NCBI GenBank assembly: GCA_035550735.1
Contig: DASZOM010000033.1
Location: 17,444 to 81,443, forward strand
Source: Acidimicrobiia bacterium
GTDB taxonomy: Bacteria; Actinomycetota; Acidimicrobiia; Spongiisociales; ZC4RG35
Reading direction: 5' to 3'
Length of the DNA: 64,000 nucleotides
In this document: in pieces, positions 18,901 through 26,581 of the stretch
Numbering within the stretch: position 1 is the first letter of the stretch
How the letters are laid out: each line of letters starts with the position of its first letter
Notes under the pieces: generated by a model
Told to the model about the DNA's origin: nothing
The model's database searches: none
The model's input: the letters and a program-made list of their open reading frames with translations, nothing else
Program-made: the position numbers and the translations under genes

Positions 18901-20301
18901 CAGGGTCTCGTCGAAGACCGCCCGGCTCAGACCCGAGTAGGGGGCAGCTCGTCTGGCAACCTCGTAGAGACGATCGGCGGTGGTGTCGCCGGCGACCGCT
19001 TGGGCGACCAACTGCTGGCTCAGCACGTCAATCGGGTTGGCCGGGGTCTTGGTCGCCTCGACCTCACGACGACTCATACGGGAAGCGACCACCGTGGCGA
19101 CCAGGAGGTCTCCTCGATACTTGGGGATGATCTTGGCACGCGAAATGCCGCCGACCTCATGTCCGGAGCGGCCCACCCTTTGCAGACCCGAGGCGACGGA
19201 GTGGGGAGACTCGATCTGGAGGACCAGGTCGACCGCTCCCATGTCGATGCCCAACTCCAGCGACGAGGTGGCCACAACCGCCTTCAAGGTGCCACGTTTC
19301 AGCGACTCCTCGATCTCGAGCCGCTGTTCACGGGCCACAGAGCCGTGATGAGCGCGGGCGATCTCCTCCCCGGCGAGGTTGTTGATCTCGGAGCAGACCC
19401 GTTCGGCGAGTCGCCGCGAGTTGGCGAACACGATGGTCGAGTTGTGCCTCTGGATCTGGTCGAGCAGCTCGGGATACACGGCAGGCCAGATGGAACGGGT
19501 GACGACCCGATCCGGGTCGAGCGGGTCGGGCTCCGCCGGCTCGTTCATGTCCTCCACCGGCACCACGATCTCGAGCTCGAGCTCCCGGTCCTGAGCGACG
19601 TCGATGATGGTCACCGGGCGTGGGTGCCATTCGTCGTCCTCGACGGTGCCACCACCGAGGAACCGTCCGATGGTCTCCAACGGGCGTTGGGTGGCGGAGA
19701 GACCGATCCGTTGCGGAGGGGCATCCGCGATCTCCTCCAGCCGTTCCAGGGTGAGGGCGAGGTGGGCGCCTCTCTTGCTGCCCGCCACCGCGTGGACCTC
19801 GTCGACGATCACCCAGCGGACGGTGCGCAGCACCGATCTCACCGCCGAGGTGAGCATCAGGTAGAGCGACTCCGGTGTCGTGATCAGGATGTCGGGTGGG
19901 TTGCGCTCCATCCGACGACGGTCCTCGGCCGGGGTGTCGCCCGTGCGGAGGAAGGTGGTGAGCTCGGGCAGCGGCTCCCCACCGAGACGCTCTGCGGCGT
20001 GTCTGATCCCGGCGAGCGGGGCGCGCAGGTTGCGGTCGACATCGTGGGCCAGCGCCTTGAGCGGGGACACATAGAGGACCCGGCACCTCTCCGCACGGTC
20101 GGGCACAGGCTCGGTGAGGAGTCGATCGAGGGTCCAGAGGAATGCAGCCAGCGTCTTGCCCGATCCGGTCGGAGCATGGATCAGGGTGTGATGGCCCTGG
20201 GCGATGGCAGGCCAGCCCTGCTCCTGGGCGACCGTGGGCTTCTGAAATGAGGCCTCGAACCAGGTGCGGGTGGCCGGGGAGAATGCCTCTGGAGAGCTCA
20301 C
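15928..20301 (-). CDS. lhr: ATP-dependent helicase Lhr (large helicase-related protein)
   Basis: The 1457-aa protein has an N-terminal SF2 helicase core (HAPTGSGKT, DEVH box VIVDEVHAV) and the long Lhr-specific C-terminal region. It has a GTG start. Confidence 0.9.
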   Translation of the reverse strand: MSSPEAFSPATRTWFEASFQKPTVAQEQGWPAIAQGHHTLIHAPTGSGKTLAAFLWTLDRLLTEPVPDRAERCRVLYVSPLKALAHDVDRNLRAPLAGIRHAAERLGGEPLPELTTFLRTGDTPAEDRRRMERNPPDILITTPESLYLMLTSAVRSVLRTVRWVIVDEVHAVAGSKRGAHLALTLERLEEIADAPPQRIGLSATQRPLETIGRFLGGGTVEDDEWHPRPVTIIDVAQDRELELEIVVPVEDMNEPAEPDPLDPDRVVTRSIWPAVYPELLDQIQRHNSTIVFANSRRLAERVCSEINNLAGEEIARAHHGSVAREQRLEIEESLKRGTLKAVVATSSLELGIDMGAVDLVLQIESPHSVASGLQRVGRSGHEVGGISRAKIIPKYRGDLLVATVVASRMSRREVEATKTPANPIDVLSQQLVAQAVAGDTTADRLYEVARRAAPYSGLSRAVFDETLDMLAGRYPSDLFAELRPRINWDRATGEVTARPGARQLAVTNVGTIPDRGLYRVTLPDGSRVGELDEEMVYESREGDVFLLGSSAWRISQITHDKVEVVPAPGESAAKTPFWHGDTLGRPLETGQAVGRFVRETSALGDDEAMERLRSEFGLNEFAARNLVAYLEEEREAAGALPTDQTVVVERFQDEIGDWRVVLLSPLGARIHAPWAMALRHRFRARYGSDVDAVWSDDGMAFRFPDSDDPPTADDLMVEPEEVEGLLIEHLADSALFAARFREAAGRALLLPRRRPGERTPLWLQRRRSADLLGVAKQFGSFPILLEVYREILQDDFDLPALQQVLGDIRSRRVRLVAVDTHSPSPFATSLLFSFVAAYMYEADTPLAERRAAALTLDRDLLRELLGEGELRELIDPEVVVAVELELQHLTDGRRARHPDAIHDLLRDLGPLSTVDIEVRSEGVSVTTALEQLLEARRVVEVVISGNRRWAAIEDLARLRDGLGVQPPAGVPHVFLEPVADPLGDVMGRYARTHGPFVADEAARALGLPVGVVETALTRLEQAGRVTQGAFRPGGQGREWVDETVLKRLKRRSLAVLRAEIEPVEPAALARFEVAWQGVGNTPPRGRSAMADALRKLTGAPIPASTLERDVLAARIGDAGTHLDELMLSGDLVWVGSGHLGTRDGKVALFPRESLPTLWAGPDPSYQPDPVGEAILDALGSQGASFFADIYRETGGGDPETALDALWELVWSGYVTNDTFSPVRAYVSRRKTRSGGRPSLSSRFPAHAQGRWSLTEHLARTPATETERHAAWAELLLDRHGVVTRSTVLAEGLPGGFSALYAVYSHLEDTGRIRRGYFVEGLGGSQFALPGAVDRLRSETEPEIAVLAATDPANPYGAVLPWPDLEDTRLARDAGAYVLLHGGRLIGYLDKGRRGLTLLDTTPDRFGEVSGALATVAGRHRRLTLATVNGDPAPTSPLASALREWGFAAAPRGLTYRG

Positions 20302-20433
20302 AGTGGGAAGGTATCAGGGGCGGGTGACAAGGTCTCCGACACAACGAGAGCTATCCCAGGCAGCGATGCCAACCGGCACCGGGCCTGGTGCGTGTTAGGA
20401 GGAAGGACGAAGCGAAGCTCGGAGGTGATGAGC

Positions 20434-20670
20434 ATGTCCAGGTCCGACAGGCAGAGGTCCGGGATAGGCGAAGAGGTGTTGTTCGAGGAGTACATGCTCC
20501 GTCGTGCCGCACGGTCGCGAATCGAGACGGAGCGGGAGACCAGCGACGCCGTCGCCCTGGCTCTGGACGCCGGCGTCTCCTGGGCTCGGATCGCACAGCT
20601 CCTCGGCGTGTCGGTGACCATCGCCAAGAGTCGCTACGCGGCATCTGAGGAACGAGCAATGGGGGCATAG
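20434..20670 (+). CDS. Hypothetical small HTH-like protein (78 aa)
   Basis: An ATG at 20434 is preceded by GGAGG (20421-20425) at an 8-nt spacing. The protein is MSRSDRQ...DAVALALDAGVSWARIAQLLGVSVTIAKSRY, a helix-turn-helix-like segment. The overlapping minus-strand ORF 20395..20853 is compositionally implausible. Confidence 0.35.
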   Translation: MSRSDRQRSGIGEEVLFEEYMLRRAARSRIETERETSDAVALALDAGVSWARIAQLLGVSVTIAKSRYAASEERAMGA

Positions 20671-20702
20671 AGGGGGACCAGGATCCGGGGTGAGTGGGTG
20701 GC

Positions 20703-21761
20703 TCACCCCTTGGTTCGTCGCCGGCGTCTCCGATACCCGTTCCCGAGGTGCTCCACGGTGTGGATGTCGCACCAGTTTGCGGGGCGCTCGCAGCCGGCCG
20801 CCTGGCAATGACGGTCCCGGGCGATGATTGCCTTCCGTTGGGCACTGGTCCATACCCGCGTCTTGCGACCGACGTCGAGGACCTCGGAGTCACCGTCGAG
20901 GAAGATGCGGGTGATCGAGCAGTCACAAGCCAGCATGCGAAGCGTGTCGATGTCGACGATGGCACCCCCGTAGAAGGTCTCGTGAGTCCCTCCGGCGTGG
21001 CCCTCCAGTGCCGCGAAGTCGGTGAGCATCACAAGGTGTGGTTTCTCTCCGGTGACTGAGGGCGGGTTGGCATGGTCGAGCCAATCCCTCGCCAGATCTT
21101 CGAGAGCGTCATGCCGTCTCTGTCGGGGAGTACGCGTGTCGCCATCCGCAGGTGGTGGCATCAACGCACGCAGCGCCGCTTCGAATGCCTCGCCGGCGGT
21201 CTGGGTGAGCCACCCATCGACCCGTCGCATCCCGCCGGTCGTTTTGGACAGTGAGAGGCCGCGACGCTCGAGCTGGGTGGCGAGGTCGATGTCACCCGGC
21301 CCGTCCACGGACTGGCGCCAGTACTCCAACGCCCTGGCGGTGTCCGACACGGAGAGGCCCTCAGTGATGGCAACCAACCGTTCCTCGGCTCCGGGATAAG
21401 CGTCGGGGACGCCTTCGGCGGCCCGGAAGAGAAGGTCGGCCTGGTCCGTCGAGATCCTTCCGTCGGCCCACGCCGCGTGGGCCGTCGGGGCCTTCTCGAT
21501 CGCCTGGCCACGGGAGACCACGTGTTTTGCGAGTCCTGTGGACATCCGACCCAACGAGGCAAGCATCGCGGTCGGGGATGGGTGACCCAGCTGGTGATGA
21601 CCGCCCCGGTCCGCCATGTTCCTGGTCTTACGGGCGATCAGGACGTCTACCTGCTGACGGGCGAATGCCAGCTCCCCGATGTCCGCCGCCAATTGCTCCG
21701 TCGACAGTTGTTCGTCGGAGACCCCAATCATCTCGTCGAGCGCCGAACGGATCGCACTCAT
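20703..21761 (-). CDS. DUF222-family HNH endonuclease, C-terminally truncated (possible pseudogene)
   Basis: It has the actinobacterial DUF222 N-region and an HNH start (RDRHCQAAGCERPANWCDIHTVEH). The ORF then ends (LGNGYRRRRRRTKG*) before the expected WxDGGxTxLxNLxxLCxxHH part of the motif. Confidence 0.65.
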   Translation of the reverse strand: MSAIRSALDEMIGVSDEQLSTEQLAADIGELAFARQQVDVLIARKTRNMADRGGHHQLGHPSPTAMLASLGRMSTGLAKHVVSRGQAIEKAPTAHAAWADGRISTDQADLLFRAAEGVPDAYPGAEERLVAITEGLSVSDTARALEYWRQSVDGPGDIDLATQLERRGLSLSKTTGGMRRVDGWLTQTAGEAFEAALRALMPPPADGDTRTPRQRRHDALEDLARDWLDHANPPSVTGEKPHLVMLTDFAALEGHAGGTHETFYGGAIVDIDTLRMLACDCSITRIFLDGDSEVLDVGRKTRVWTSAQRKAIIARDRHCQAAGCERPANWCDIHTVEHLGNGYRRRRRRTKG

Positions 21762-21866
21762 CTTCCACTCCCCATGTCATCCGACCCTACGGGCCGTCGG
21801 TGACAGATTCCTCTTTCAACCCCGCCTCGATCTGAACGTACGACCCGGCTGTGACAAGAATCGGGT

Positions 21867-22205
21867 TTGGGCACGACGATCCTCGATACCCTCGCCGTCG
21901 TGGACCATTTCATTCTCTTCTACGACGTCGTCGACGATTACGTGGAGCGACGTGGGGCATTCCGCGGGCTGCACCTCGCCCATGCCACGGAATCTGCCGG
22001 GCGAGGCGAGCTCCGGTTGGGAGGTGCCTATGCCGACCCAGTCGACGGCGCCGTCCTCGTGTTCCGATGCAACGACGAGGCGACGGTGCGTGCCTTCGCC
22101 GAAGCCGATCCATACGTTCGCAATGGGCTCGTGAAGAGTTGGCACATCCGCCGCTGGAGCGTGGTGGTCGGGGCCGACTACGAGGGGACTGTGCCTACGG
22201 GCTGA
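21867..22205 (+). CDS. YciI-like protein (YCII-related domain)
   Basis: The ~110-aa protein has an HFILFYDVVDDYVERRGAFRGLHLAH pattern typical of the YciI family. It has a TTG start. Confidence 0.5.
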   Translation: MGTTILDTLAVVDHFILFYDVVDDYVERRGAFRGLHLAHATESAGRGELRLGGAYADPVDGAVLVFRCNDEATVRAFAEADPYVRNGLVKSWHIRRWSVVVGADYEGTVPTG

Positions 22206-22390
22206 AGTGAGCCGGAGATGACGGTGCCTTTTCTCCCGAGGGCCGCTTTGCAGCTGAGCTCGGGTATCGCACACCACCACCGATCAGTGCAGAGACCGAG
22301 ATCGTGGTCATCCACATCGACACACGGGTTGGCACGGCGTCGATCATCCCCGGATCCCTGACGAGAAACCGCTTCGGTGAGCGTCGCGAC

Positions 22391-22978
22391 TCAGGCGCTG
22401 AGCTCGAGCGGGAGAGCGTCGACGGCGGCGAGATCGAGGAAGATGGCGACCACGGCCGGATCGAACTGGGTTCCGGAGTTCTTGCGGATCTCGTGCACGG
22501 CGAAGTCGACAGGGAGTGCCGGCTGGTAGGCCCGCTTCGAGGTCATCGCATCGAATGCATCGGCAACCAGCACGATTCGGCTCAGGATCGGAATGGCATC
22601 GCCGGCGAGCCCGAAGGGATAGCCGAAACCGTCGAAGCGCTCATGGTGATAGAGGATGGCCTCGGCGATCTTGGGGTCGAGACGGTTGCGGGTCATGGCG
22701 AACCCGAGCTCGGGATGCCGCTCCATCAGATCTCGCTCGTTCTGGTCGAGCGGGCCCGGCTTGCCCAGGATCCCGGGGTCCATATGGATCTTTCCGACGT
22801 CGTGGAGTATCCCTGCCAGGGCTAGGCGGTCGAGGTCGCTGGCACCCAGGCCGATGCCGCGCCCCAGGTTGACGGCGAGGTTGGAGACGCGATGGACGTG
22901 GCCATGCAGGTCCTCGATGACGTCTTCCATCACACGGATGAGAAAGTCGTCGGGAAGATCTCTCATATCCGAAACCAC
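22391..22978 (-). CDS. HD-GYP domain phosphohydrolase (putative c-di-GMP phosphodiesterase)
   Basis: Motifs LAGILHDVGK and YHHERFDGFGYP (HD...HHExxDGxGYP) are present. Confidence 0.75.
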   Translation of the reverse strand: MVSDMRDLPDDFLIRVMEDVIEDLHGHVHRVSNLAVNLGRGIGLGASDLDRLALAGILHDVGKIHMDPGILGKPGPLDQNERDLMERHPELGFAMTRNRLDPKIAEAILYHHERFDGFGYPFGLAGDAIPILSRIVLVADAFDAMTSKRAYQPALPVDFAVHEIRKNSGTQFDPAVVAIFLDLAAVDALPLELSA

Positions 22979-23006
22979 CTGGGGGAGTGTCGTCTCGACC
23001 CCCAGG
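22978..23006 (-). promoter_or_regulatory. GC-rich stem-loop abutting the HD-GYP start codon
   Basis: It is an 8-bp perfect stem (CCTGGGGG / CCCCCAGG) with a 13-nt loop. Its 3' end overlaps the GTG start at 22978. No U-tract follows it. Confidence 0.3.
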
Positions 23007-23119
23007 TCTGTGGATAAGTCGACCGTCTCATTTGGATTTCCCGCTCCAAGGCTCTCAGGTAAACGATTTCGGGCCCGATTTCGATACGGCGCCAGTCGCG
23101 GCCTCCAAGGAGGCGGGAG

Positions 23120-23905
23120 TCAGTCGCGTGTGCTGAGACGCTCCACGTACGAGGTGACCGCGGTGTCGTGCTCCGGTGTGGTGTGGGCGATCGCCTGAAG
23201 CGCTGCGGAGAGCTCGAGGAAACCGTCGAGGTCCATGCTGCGGGCCAGGCGGAGGAGTCGCTTGGTCATGGTCACCGCCGGTCTCGATTTCGAAGCGATG
23301 TCCCGGGCGAGCTCCATCACCCTCTGCTCCAACTTCTCCTCGGGCACCACCTCGAGCAGGATGCCGTAGGACTCCGCCTCGGCGGCGGTGATGAAACGTG
23401 CGGTGAGCGCCAGCTCGGTTGCCCGCTGCCAACCCACCACCCGGGGGAGCAGCCATGCCCCGCCGTCACCGGGCAGGATCCCGATGTCGATGAAGGTGTG
23501 GGCGAAGCGGGCATTTCGAGACCCGAGCCGGAGGTCACATCCGAGGACGAGGTCGAACCCGGCTCCGACCGCGGGCCCGTTCACGGAGGCGATCGTGATC
23601 AGATCGGTCGTGGCCAGGAACCTGGTGAGTTGCTGGATGGTGTCCCGGTACTTCTCGGTCATCTCGACAGGGGCGCCGGAGAAGAGACCCTCCCTGGCTG
23701 CCATGTCCTTGACGTTGCCGCCGGCCGAGAAAGCCGGTCCCTCGGCATCGATGACGACCACACCCACCTCTGGGCTCTCCTCGGCGTCGCTCAGTGCGTC
23801 GAGGAAGTCCTCCAGCATCTCCTCCCCGGTGATGGCGTTGCGGATCTCGGGGGCAGCCAGGGTGATCCGGGCCACGCCTCCCTCGGCTCGCGTCTCGATG
23901 CTCAA
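23120..23905 (-). CDS. Enoyl-CoA hydratase/isomerase (crotonase family)
   Basis: A TTG at 23905 gives MSIETRAEGGVARITLAAPE...VIDAEGPAFSAGGNVKDM. The start overlaps the BtpA stop (TTGA). The upstream part of track ORF 23120..24256 is R/G-rich out-of-frame shadow. Confidence 0.8.
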   Translation of the reverse strand: MSIETRAEGGVARITLAAPEIRNAITGEEMLEDFLDALSDAEESPEVGVVVIDAEGPAFSAGGNVKDMAAREGLFSGAPVEMTEKYRDTIQQLTRFLATTDLITIASVNGPAVGAGFDLVLGCDLRLGSRNARFAHTFIDIGILPGDGGAWLLPRVVGWQRATELALTARFITAAEAESYGILLEVVPEEKLEQRVMELARDIASKSRPAVTMTKRLLRLARSMDLDGFLELSAALQAIAHTTPEHDTAVTSYVERLSTRD

Positions 23906-24663
23906 ACCAGGCCCCTTTCGGCGGCATGCTCCACGAATGCCTTGGCACGAAGCGGATCGGGTCTGTTCCCTGCCTTGCCGTCGACCTCGATCGCCGACCC
24001 GACGATGACGGTGCCGGCAACCGAGAGGAGACGATCCAGGTTGTCCGCCGTCGCCCCGGAGCCGATCACGACCCGCGTGCCCGGTGAGACCGCCTTGGAG
24101 ATGACGCCGGCCTGCTCCAGGTCGACCATCGACCCGGTTCCGGGCCCGGAGACGATGACGGCGTCCGCCATGCCTCGCTCCACCGTGTCCATGGCAGCCT
24201 GGGCCGGCTCGAGCCCGGGGGGTGCGACCGCGTGCTTGACCATTACGTCTGCCCACACCTCCACTTCGGGACAGAGCCTGGCTCGGGTGCGCTGCACCTC
24301 GTCGGCGCGGCCGGTGATCTGCCCTTGATCGGTGTACATCGTCCCGGTGAGGACGTTCACCCGGATGAAGGAGGCCTTGGTGGCGGCAGCGAGCGCCAGG
24401 GCGGCGATGGCGTCGTTGCGGAGGACGTTGACCCCCACCGGGAGGCCGGTCTCCATGACCGCGCCGACGGCGACGGTCATGGCGGCGACGGTCTCGAGGG
24501 GCACTCGGTCGCGATGGAAGGGCACGTCACCGAAGTTCTCCACCAGGAGAGCCGGGAACCCGGCGCCCGTCAGGACGGCGGCATCCTCGGTGGCGGTGTT
24601 GACCACCTCGTCGATCGACCCGCCGAAGCGCGGTGAACCAGGCAGGGGAAGGAGATGGACCAT
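23902..24663 (-). CDS. BtpA/SgcQ-family TIM-barrel protein
   Basis: An ATG at 24663 (MVHLLPLPGSPRFGG...FPALLVENFGDVPF...) gives a full-length BtpA-family match. The upstream part of track ORF 23902..25020 is R/H-rich shadow. Confidence 0.7.
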   Translation of the reverse strand: MVHLLPLPGSPRFGGSIDEVVNTATEDAAVLTGAGFPALLVENFGDVPFHRDRVPLETVAAMTVAVGAVMETGLPVGVNVLRNDAIAALALAAATKASFIRVNVLTGTMYTDQGQITGRADEVQRTRARLCPEVEVWADVMVKHAVAPPGLEPAQAAMDTVERGMADAVIVSGPGTGSMVDLEQAGVISKAVSPGTRVVIGSGATADNLDRLLSVAGTVIVGSAIEVDGKAGNRPDPLRAKAFVEHAAERGLV

Positions 24664-24689
24664 GCCTACGAGCCTGGGGAGGCTCGAGG

Positions 24690-25421
24690 TCACAGGAAGG
24701 TCTGGGCCAGCCGGATCGCCTTCTCGGCGTGCTCGCCTTGGACCTTGAGACGGGTGTCCTTCGGGTCGGTGCGTCGGACCGCCAGCCGCGCCCAGTCGGA
24801 GGCGGAGCCCTTGATCAGCTGGTCGGTGTCCGCCGGCCCGTACACCCACTTGGCATAGCCGGGCCCGATGACCTCGATGCGGATGGGCTCGTAGTGCTCG
24901 CCGGCCTGCTTGAAGGCGTAGGGGAGGGTCTTCCATCCGAACCAGCAGACATGCCGGATGCGAGGTGTGTCCTCGACCTCGATGCCGAGAGTCTGGTAGA
25001 TGTCGAGGCCATGCATCCACGTCTCGGTGAGCCGGAAGGTGGCGAAGGTCCGGGCGCTCATGTCACCGGCGATCCAGGGGAGACGCTCCTCGGCGTTCAT
25101 GTGGGAGAGGGGCTCGACGACCTTGGCCCGGCCTCCCCGCCACCACTCGATGACGTCCTGTGGCCGCATCTTGCGCCCTCGCTTCACCGGCTCCTGACGC
25201 AACGGCTCGATGTCGTTGGCCGCCTGCCACTTCTTGATGCGGGCTCCGTCGCCGATGGCATCGGCTCCGAGATCCTCGAAATCGGCGAGGTGGGCGATGG
25301 TGTCACGCACCGTCCACGGCTTGTTCGGCGTGACCAGGTCCCAGACCTTGATGGGGATCCTCTGCAGGGACTGGTCGAGGAACTGCTGCTCGGCTACTAG
25401 GTCGGAGAGGATGTCGCGCAC
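24690..25421 (-). CDS. Maleylpyruvate-isomerase N-terminal (MDMPI/DinB_2-like) domain protein, TIGR03083-type
   Basis: MRDILSDLVAEQQFLDQ...TVRDTIAHLA is the DinB/MDMPI_N metal-binding helix-bundle pattern common in Actinobacteria. It has a GTG start. Confidence 0.6.
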   Translation of the reverse strand: MRDILSDLVAEQQFLDQSLQRIPIKVWDLVTPNKPWTVRDTIAHLADFEDLGADAIGDGARIKKWQAANDIEPLRQEPVKRGRKMRPQDVIEWWRGGRAKVVEPLSHMNAEERLPWIAGDMSARTFATFRLTETWMHGLDIYQTLGIEVEDTPRIRHVCWFGWKTLPYAFKQAGEHYEPIRIEVIGPGYAKWVYGPADTDQLIKGSASDWARLAVRRTDPKDTRLKVQGEHAEKAIRLAQTFL

Positions 25422-25470
25422 CGGGCAATTCTAGCCGGGGACGCGGCAAAACGACCAAGGCGAAACCGTC

Positions 25471-26556
25471 CTACCAGGGTCTTTCTGCCTGCTCCTCGCC
25501 CATGTGGGCCGGGATTTCGGTGGTCTCGGGAAGACTCGCCAGGTCATTGAGCCGGTCCACGAGCTGACGGAGCCTCCCGAACTGACGCCGATCGAAGTGG
25601 AAGGTGATTCGCTCCTTGTCCAGGGCGTCGTCGTCCTCGACCTCGGCCGAATTCGGCTCGGTTCGCTCGATCTCACCCTCGACGACGATGTCGGCGAACT
25701 CCTCGTTCAGCTCGGCCAACTCGGCGTCGTTTGGAGCCTGACGCAACCTGAGGATGAGCCGTCCTGCCGTGTATCGCTGGGAGTGGTAGTTCGAGTAGAA
25801 GCGGAGGATGTGCTGGCATGCCTCCTCAGGATCGTTGGTGTGGAGGAAGAGACTCATGTCGGAGTCGGCGATCATCCCGTTCCCGAGCAGATACGTCCGC
25901 ACGAAGTCGATGAGCGGGCCCCAGTACTCGGTGCCCGGGGCCTCCATCAGGACGATCGGGTGGAGATCGGACTTGCCGGTCTGGATCAGGGTGATCAGCT
26001 CGAATGCCTCGTCGAGCGTGCCGAAGCCGCCGGGGAGGATGGTGAACGCATGCGACTCCTTGACGAAGGCGAGCTTGCGGGTGAAGAAGTACTTGAAGTT
26101 CACCGTCCTCGCCTCCGCCACGTAAGCGTTGGCGTTGGCCTCGAAGGGAAGGCGGATGTTCACACCGTAGGAGTCACCGATACCGGCTCCCTTGTTCCCT
26201 GCCTCCATGATGCCCGGACCCGCTCCGGTGATCACCCCCCAGCCGTGGTTGGCCATCCTGGAGGCGAAGCCCGCGGTGAGGATGTAGTTGGGGTTGTCCT
26301 CGGCGATCCGGGCGGATCCGTAGATGGTCACCTTGGGCTCGTCGTGCCTGCTGAAGACGAGTGTGGAGTAGCGCATCTCCTTCAACGCGGTGTTGATCAG
26401 CTTGAGGTCGGCGCGGGTGGCACCGTCCCGCTGCAGTTTGAGCGCGGTGACCATCAACTCCTCGATGAGGTCGTTGTTCTCGCTGTGCTCCGAGGCATCG
26501 GCCACCAGGCTGCGCAGCCGCCGGTCGAGCTCCTCGTTCCCCAAGTCGTAGGGCAT
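25471..26556 (-). CDS. LOG-family (lysine-decarboxylase-like, TIGR00730) protein with N- and C-terminal extensions
   Basis: An ATG at 26556 gives MPYDLGNEEL. The core has the LOG motifs GAGPGIMEAGNKGA and ILPGGFGTLDEAFE. It has about 100 aa N-terminal and 60 aa C-terminal extensions, a PpnN-like architecture. Confidence 0.65.
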   Translation of the reverse strand: MPYDLGNEELDRRLRSLVADASEHSENNDLIEELMVTALKLQRDGATRADLKLINTALKEMRYSTLVFSRHDEPKVTIYGSARIAEDNPNYILTAGFASRMANHGWGVITGAGPGIMEAGNKGAGIGDSYGVNIRLPFEANANAYVAEARTVNFKYFFTRKLAFVKESHAFTILPGGFGTLDEAFELITLIQTGKSDLHPIVLMEAPGTEYWGPLIDFVRTYLLGNGMIADSDMSLFLHTNDPEEACQHILRFYSNYHSQRYTAGRLILRLRQAPNDAELAELNEEFADIVVEGEIERTEPNSAEVEDDDALDKERITFHFDRRQFGRLRQLVDRLNDLASLPETTEIPAHMGEEQAERPW

Positions 26557-26581
26557 CCGAAGTGGAGGGTAACGGGCGGGG

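Noticed and set aside
20640-20760. Frameshifted continuation of the HNH motif after the DUF222 stop
   Set aside because: Translating the other two minus-strand frames gives PPLCPHCSFLRC and other non-matching sequence. No WxDGGxTxLxNL...HH block was found, so truncation rather than a simple frameshift is assumed.
20395-20853. Minus-strand 152-aa ORF overlapping the small HTH ORF
   Set aside because: It is Pro/Arg-rich. It is partly a frame-shadow of the truncated DUF222 gene tail, with no domain and no RBS.
22979-23119. Possible c-di-GMP (GEMM) riboswitch in the HD-GYP leader
   Set aside because: I could not find the conserved GEMM-I/II sequence blocks (GGCAAACC, ACGCAAAGC-like) on the minus strand. 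Only generic hairpins were found, so it is reported as an unclassified structured leader instead.
23906-24256. 117-codon N-terminal extension of the crotonase ORF (and analogous extensions of BtpA to 25020, LOG to 26856, kinase-LLM to 38374, MalG-like to 61032, LLM to 33499)
   Set aside because: The extensions are R/G/H-rich, overlap the preceding gene, and the conserved family N-termini begin at internal starts that also give clean ATGA/TTGA couplings or good SDs.
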